Shown here: positions 59,796 through 64,000 of the stretch, piece by piece
How positions within the stretch are numbered: position 1 is the first letter of the stretch
Layout: every line of letters begins with the position of its first letter
DNA from: the human T2T-CHM13v2.0 reference genome, Homo sapiens
Length of the DNA stretch: 64,000 nucleotides
NCBI RefSeq assembly: GCF_009914755.1
Contig: NC_060928.1
Reading direction: 5' to 3' (one strand)
Notes under the pieces: generated by a model
Seen by the model: only the letters and a program-made list of their open reading frames with translations
The model's database searches: none
What the model was told of the DNA's origin: nothing
Translations under genes and position numbers: made by a program

Positions 59796-61939
59796 AATAA
59801 TCTTTTTTTTCAGGGCCTCCAGTGACATTTAGTGCTTTACTTATTATACCTTTGAAGTGACTGCATTGAGTCATGCACTCAGAAATGGAATCATCTTAGA
59901 TAGTATATGGCTTTATAAAGAAAATGAAAAATATCATTTTTTCTAGGCCAGCTAGAGCAATCACCTCTTATCTTTCTGCCCCAGTCTGCCTTCCAAGAAG
60001 CACTGTGTGAGGCCAAGCATGAAGAATGATTGGGAAAAGCAAGCCCCTCCATGGTACTGGTGGGAAGTGAGTAAATACAGCAATCTTTCATCTTATAAAA
60101 CTAAATAACATTTCCTTACTCCCTCATGTTGGTTTAGGCTTTCTTGAGCATGAAAGGGGAATTTTCTTCTTCCTTTCAGACTAGCATTTATGAACCTCTA
60201 AATGGAAGTCCCTCTCTGCTTCTTCACTCAGACGAGGGACCTCGCTCCCATATCCTCAGGGTGTATTACACGGACCATGGACCACCGAGTGGGAGACACA
60301 ATCCTATTTCTGGCACTGCACCCTGGCTTGCTGGGTGACCTGATATCAATCACTTAACACCTCTCCATTATCCTGACTGCAGGACAGCCACTGGAACATT
60401 CTCCCCTGTTTCTAATGTCATAGCCAGTCTTTTGCTGCAGGCTGGAGAACAGGACAGAGTTATGTCACTTGTCAGGGGAGTCAGGCACTCGGTGACTCGT
60501 TTTCTCTCGTATGATTGAATTGCCTTGGAGAAATCTACCGCAGCCTCAGAAGCAGATGGTGCGATTTTTACTTTAACCAATTAAAAACAAAACAAAACAA
60601 AACAAAACAAAATCCTGAACCCTACGACATCTCCCCAAAACACTGAGATAAAGTTTTGTAAAATTTTAAGAGTTAGACTTTTGGTTCTCCTGGTAATACA
60701 TACATTTTTAGTGAGAAATAAGAAAATTTTGGAGATACTTGTAATCATAAAACCTTCTGATTAGAATACATTTTGGAATTAAGAATCAGCTGAAGAATTT
60801 TAACAAGAATATACATTCTCATATCCTAACCGAAATATGTTAATCCAGGGAGCCTAGGCATCTGCATATTAAGAAAACTCCTCAGAAAATTTTAATGGTC
60901 AGTTAAATTTGGAAATGATGCATCAAGTACACTAAATTAGACCTGATATCCACTTTCAACGTATTTCAATACTTGCAAAGTTGGGAAAATCACTAGTGAG
61001 AGAAAGAGTAAATTCTATTTTGGAGTTGCTTGGGAAATTATCAATTATTATCTCATTTGATGAAGAATGAAAACACTACTGTGCCTCAATTGCTACTGGT
61101 AGGTGATAGTAGGTATTGGATGCTCTCTGTGCCACATATACCTCTGTTATGGGGACCAGCTGTCCTGGTTTGTCTGGTATTCTCCCAGTTTTAACACTAA
61201 AAGTCCTGCATCCAGCGTGGTTGGGCATTGAGGTATTTTTCATGTGCTGTCCCTATTAATTCTCAAAATCAAACTAGGAGATAGATCCTGTTACTGACCT
61301 CATTTAACATTTCAGAAACTTGAGGTTCAAGTAGATTAATGAGCTTGCCCGAGTTTGCTCAGCATGCAAGTTGAGAATTGGGATTAGATTCTAGAAAATT
61401 CAACTCAAGAACCCTTTTTCTTCATCATTATTAATTCCTCCAATCCTTTCAAGAGTCATTCTTACGACTTCAGTTAATGGCAGATTCACCACTGTTGGTG
61501 CAAAAGGGTCCTTTCTAAGGGTCCTATTTGGGGCTCTCTGTTGGGACCTGTTTAATACTGGCCTTTCTGGGTGACAAGATCTAGTCTTGCTATCATGTTC
61601 TGGGAATGGATATAGGGTCTTCCTCTGGATTTTTTATTCAGCCCATACTTGGTTGTAAAATAAGTATTACACGTAATGGCCTCAAAGGAGAAGATAAGCC
61701 ACAGCAGAATAACTTGAGGGACTGACGTTGAGGAGGCAGAAGGTGGTTTTGCCTGGCTGTAGACTGCAGGCTGTTGGTTTAGGAAGCATTTCTGGTGTAA
61801 CTATGTATGCACTTCAAGGTTAGTTGTTTTATTTATTTTGCTACTGCTATTATTTGTATTCTTTCCATCTATTAGTAGAACTCTCAGCTTGTCTTCTATT
61901 GCCTGACCCTCATTGTTCCAAGAAATACTCCAAAGAAAC

Positions 61940-62252
61940 TTGAACACTGACTGAATATTTTATGATTAAGAAATTATTGCTACTTTTTGAGATAGGATAA
62001 TGATCTTGTGGTTATGTTAAGAAATACAGGACTCTCTTAGAGATTCATACCAAAATACTTACAGATGAAATAATTTTCTGTGTGGATTTTCTTTAAAATA
62101 ATACAGTGGAGGAAAGGAGAAATGGCGAGGTATGTAGATGAAACAAGATTTGCTATATATTGATAATTCCTGAAACAGGATGATGGCTACATGGAGATGT
62201 TTTGATGTTCTTGCTACTTTTGGTTTGTTTAAAATTTTCATAATAAAAAGTA
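61940..62252 (+). mobile_element. L1MC/MD 3'UTR fragment
   Basis: tatgattaagaaattattg...ttagagattcatac...tagatgaaacaagatt...aaaattttcataataaaa. Confidence 0.7.
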
Positions 62253-63256
62253 AAAGACAAGTCCCCAAAGGAGGATCAGAGAGGAGTCCTGCTATACCTC
62301 TGGGTAATCACATTGCATAATGTCACTCCAAGTGTTTTTGCTTTGATGTTCCACTTGAGATATTTTATTTACTTAATGTGACCTTGCTCATACTGAAGAG
62401 ACTTTACAAGATACTACATTAAGCATGATTTTTTTTTTTTAAAGTCTATATCCCATGGACATTTCCTCTGTGTGCAGAAAGTGCCAAGCCCTAGGGGTGG
62501 GGTCCAGGATAGGCTCACAGGCTTGGTCACTGGCTTCCGGATTAGGACACCGTTAGGCCAGGAATGGGCTTAACTTGAGCCAGATGGGGGTGGAGTGGGG
62601 TCTAAAAGAGGGGACTTTACTTCCAGTGTGATTTGATTCTGCTTTTGCGCAGCCTCAGGCAGGACTCCCACATCAGATTTCCCATACCTACCTACGGCTC
62701 ATCTCATCTCTGTTTAGTAATTTTCTCTTTTCTCCATTTCTTAAAAAATTCCTTTGCTTCAGGACACCTTATTAAAGCAACTCTCTTCTGGCTGTTAGCG
62801 TTAAGAATCTGTCAGTGTTTTCTATTATACACCTCTCTCAGCTGACACTCTATTCTTAATTGGCACTATTGTAGTGGGAAAAAAGACAAAAAGCTTTAGT
62901 TAATGCTAGGGACCAGGCTAGGGTTTCAATCTTAACACTGTGCATCCTAGGTTAGTAGGTTTAAGTTAGTCCCCTAATTTACTTGAATATCTTTTAGTCC
63001 CAGGGAACTTCTCTGTTATTTGCAGTGAGTGCTTTGTCTACACACACTGGCACATTCAATAGTCTTGTCAGAGTTCTTGTCACTGCCTCTTTGGGACAGC
63101 ATACACTATGCCAATCATTTTAACAACTGCTTTCTGTGTTAACCAACCAAAGGGAAGTCCCTTTGCCAGGGTGATTAGATTCTTCACCTAAATTCAGCCC
63201 AAGCTCAATGGTTTTCCAAATAGGCAAACTCTTGGAAATATTGGAGGAAATACCAA

Positions 63257-63316
63257 TCCTTCCAATTGGTATATTCCACAGGGTGGTAACACTATAGAAT
63301 ATACCAATTGGAAGGA
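63257..63316. repeat. Perfect 20-bp inverted repeat with a 20-nt spacer
   Basis: TCCTTCCAATTGGTATATTC (63257-63276) is the exact reverse complement of GAATATACCAATTGGAAGGA (63297-63316). Confidence 0.97.
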
Positions 63317-64000
63317 CTTTTAGAAATTATCTTATCTACTACCTTCATTTTATGGATTTTAAAATAGGCTAGAATATTTGAATGGCTATTCAAAGTCAGA
63401 AATCTATTTAGTACAATACAGTCTCTTGACTTCCATTTAGAAATGGATTCAGCCATTAGTATTTTTAAAATTCACTTTTTAAATAAGGATTTTCATCATA
63501 AATTAATGTGGGAGTTGAAAAAAGATATACTTCTTAAATATTTATTTTACCTTAAAACGTGTCAAATATCCCTTCATTTGCAGTTTGTGAAAGCTGTCCT
63601 AATTGGATACCCATAAGTATCATCTTTAATTTTCACTTTCTTTAAAGGAACTTGAGTGGACTAAAATGTATAGATATTTGTTAAGGAATCTGACTGCAGA
63701 ATTCTAAATTTTTAAGACTAAGTCTTTTACCATTTAGTACTTAATAGCTAACTTAGCAATATTTTTAGCAACTCACTTCATTGAGTCTTTCCGAAGAATA
63801 CAAGCTGTTTCAATAGAAACAATAAGTTCTTCTCTTTACATACTCATATTTTATCAGTTACCTTAATATTTAATTAAATTATGGAGTTAAAATTACACGT
63901 ACCCAGGCAGTGACAGGTTTAGAAAGCACAGTCTTGGTAAGCACAGTAGCTGAGGGACACAAAAGTATAGGGGTATACCAGGGAATTACCTACGATCCAC

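Overview
Human genomic DNA: an AluYb8 is present, together with primate L1PA, LTR12, THE1 and MST elements. The window is AT-rich, repeat-dense and has no CpG island, so it is intronic or intergenic. I recognise no host protein-coding exon, RNA gene or CRISPR array. The recognisable ORFs in the track are LINE-1 ORF1/ORF2/ORF0 remnants; the rest are Alu, LTR or chance frames. The main structure is a nested insertion stack at 26.05-34.71 kb: an old MLT1 LTR split by a full-length minus-strand L1PA (about PA4-6), whose ORF2 endonuclease region was later hit by a solo LTR12 and an AluY. Features worth a second look: a near-consensus AluYb8; a perfect 20-bp inverted repeat at 63.26 kb; a body-less A42 tract flanked by a TSD-like repeat; four local duplications (about 255 bp diverged, 61 bp diverged, 37 bp perfect, about 62 bp at an LTR edge); an Alu whose 5' end carries right-arm sequence; and a repeat-poor 22.8-25.7 kb block rich in + strand splice signals (possible lncRNA exons). 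I find no convincing evidence of a new biological system. Subfamily names come from recalled consensus sequences and need RepeatMasker/Dfam confirmation. Boundaries of old repeats are approximate.
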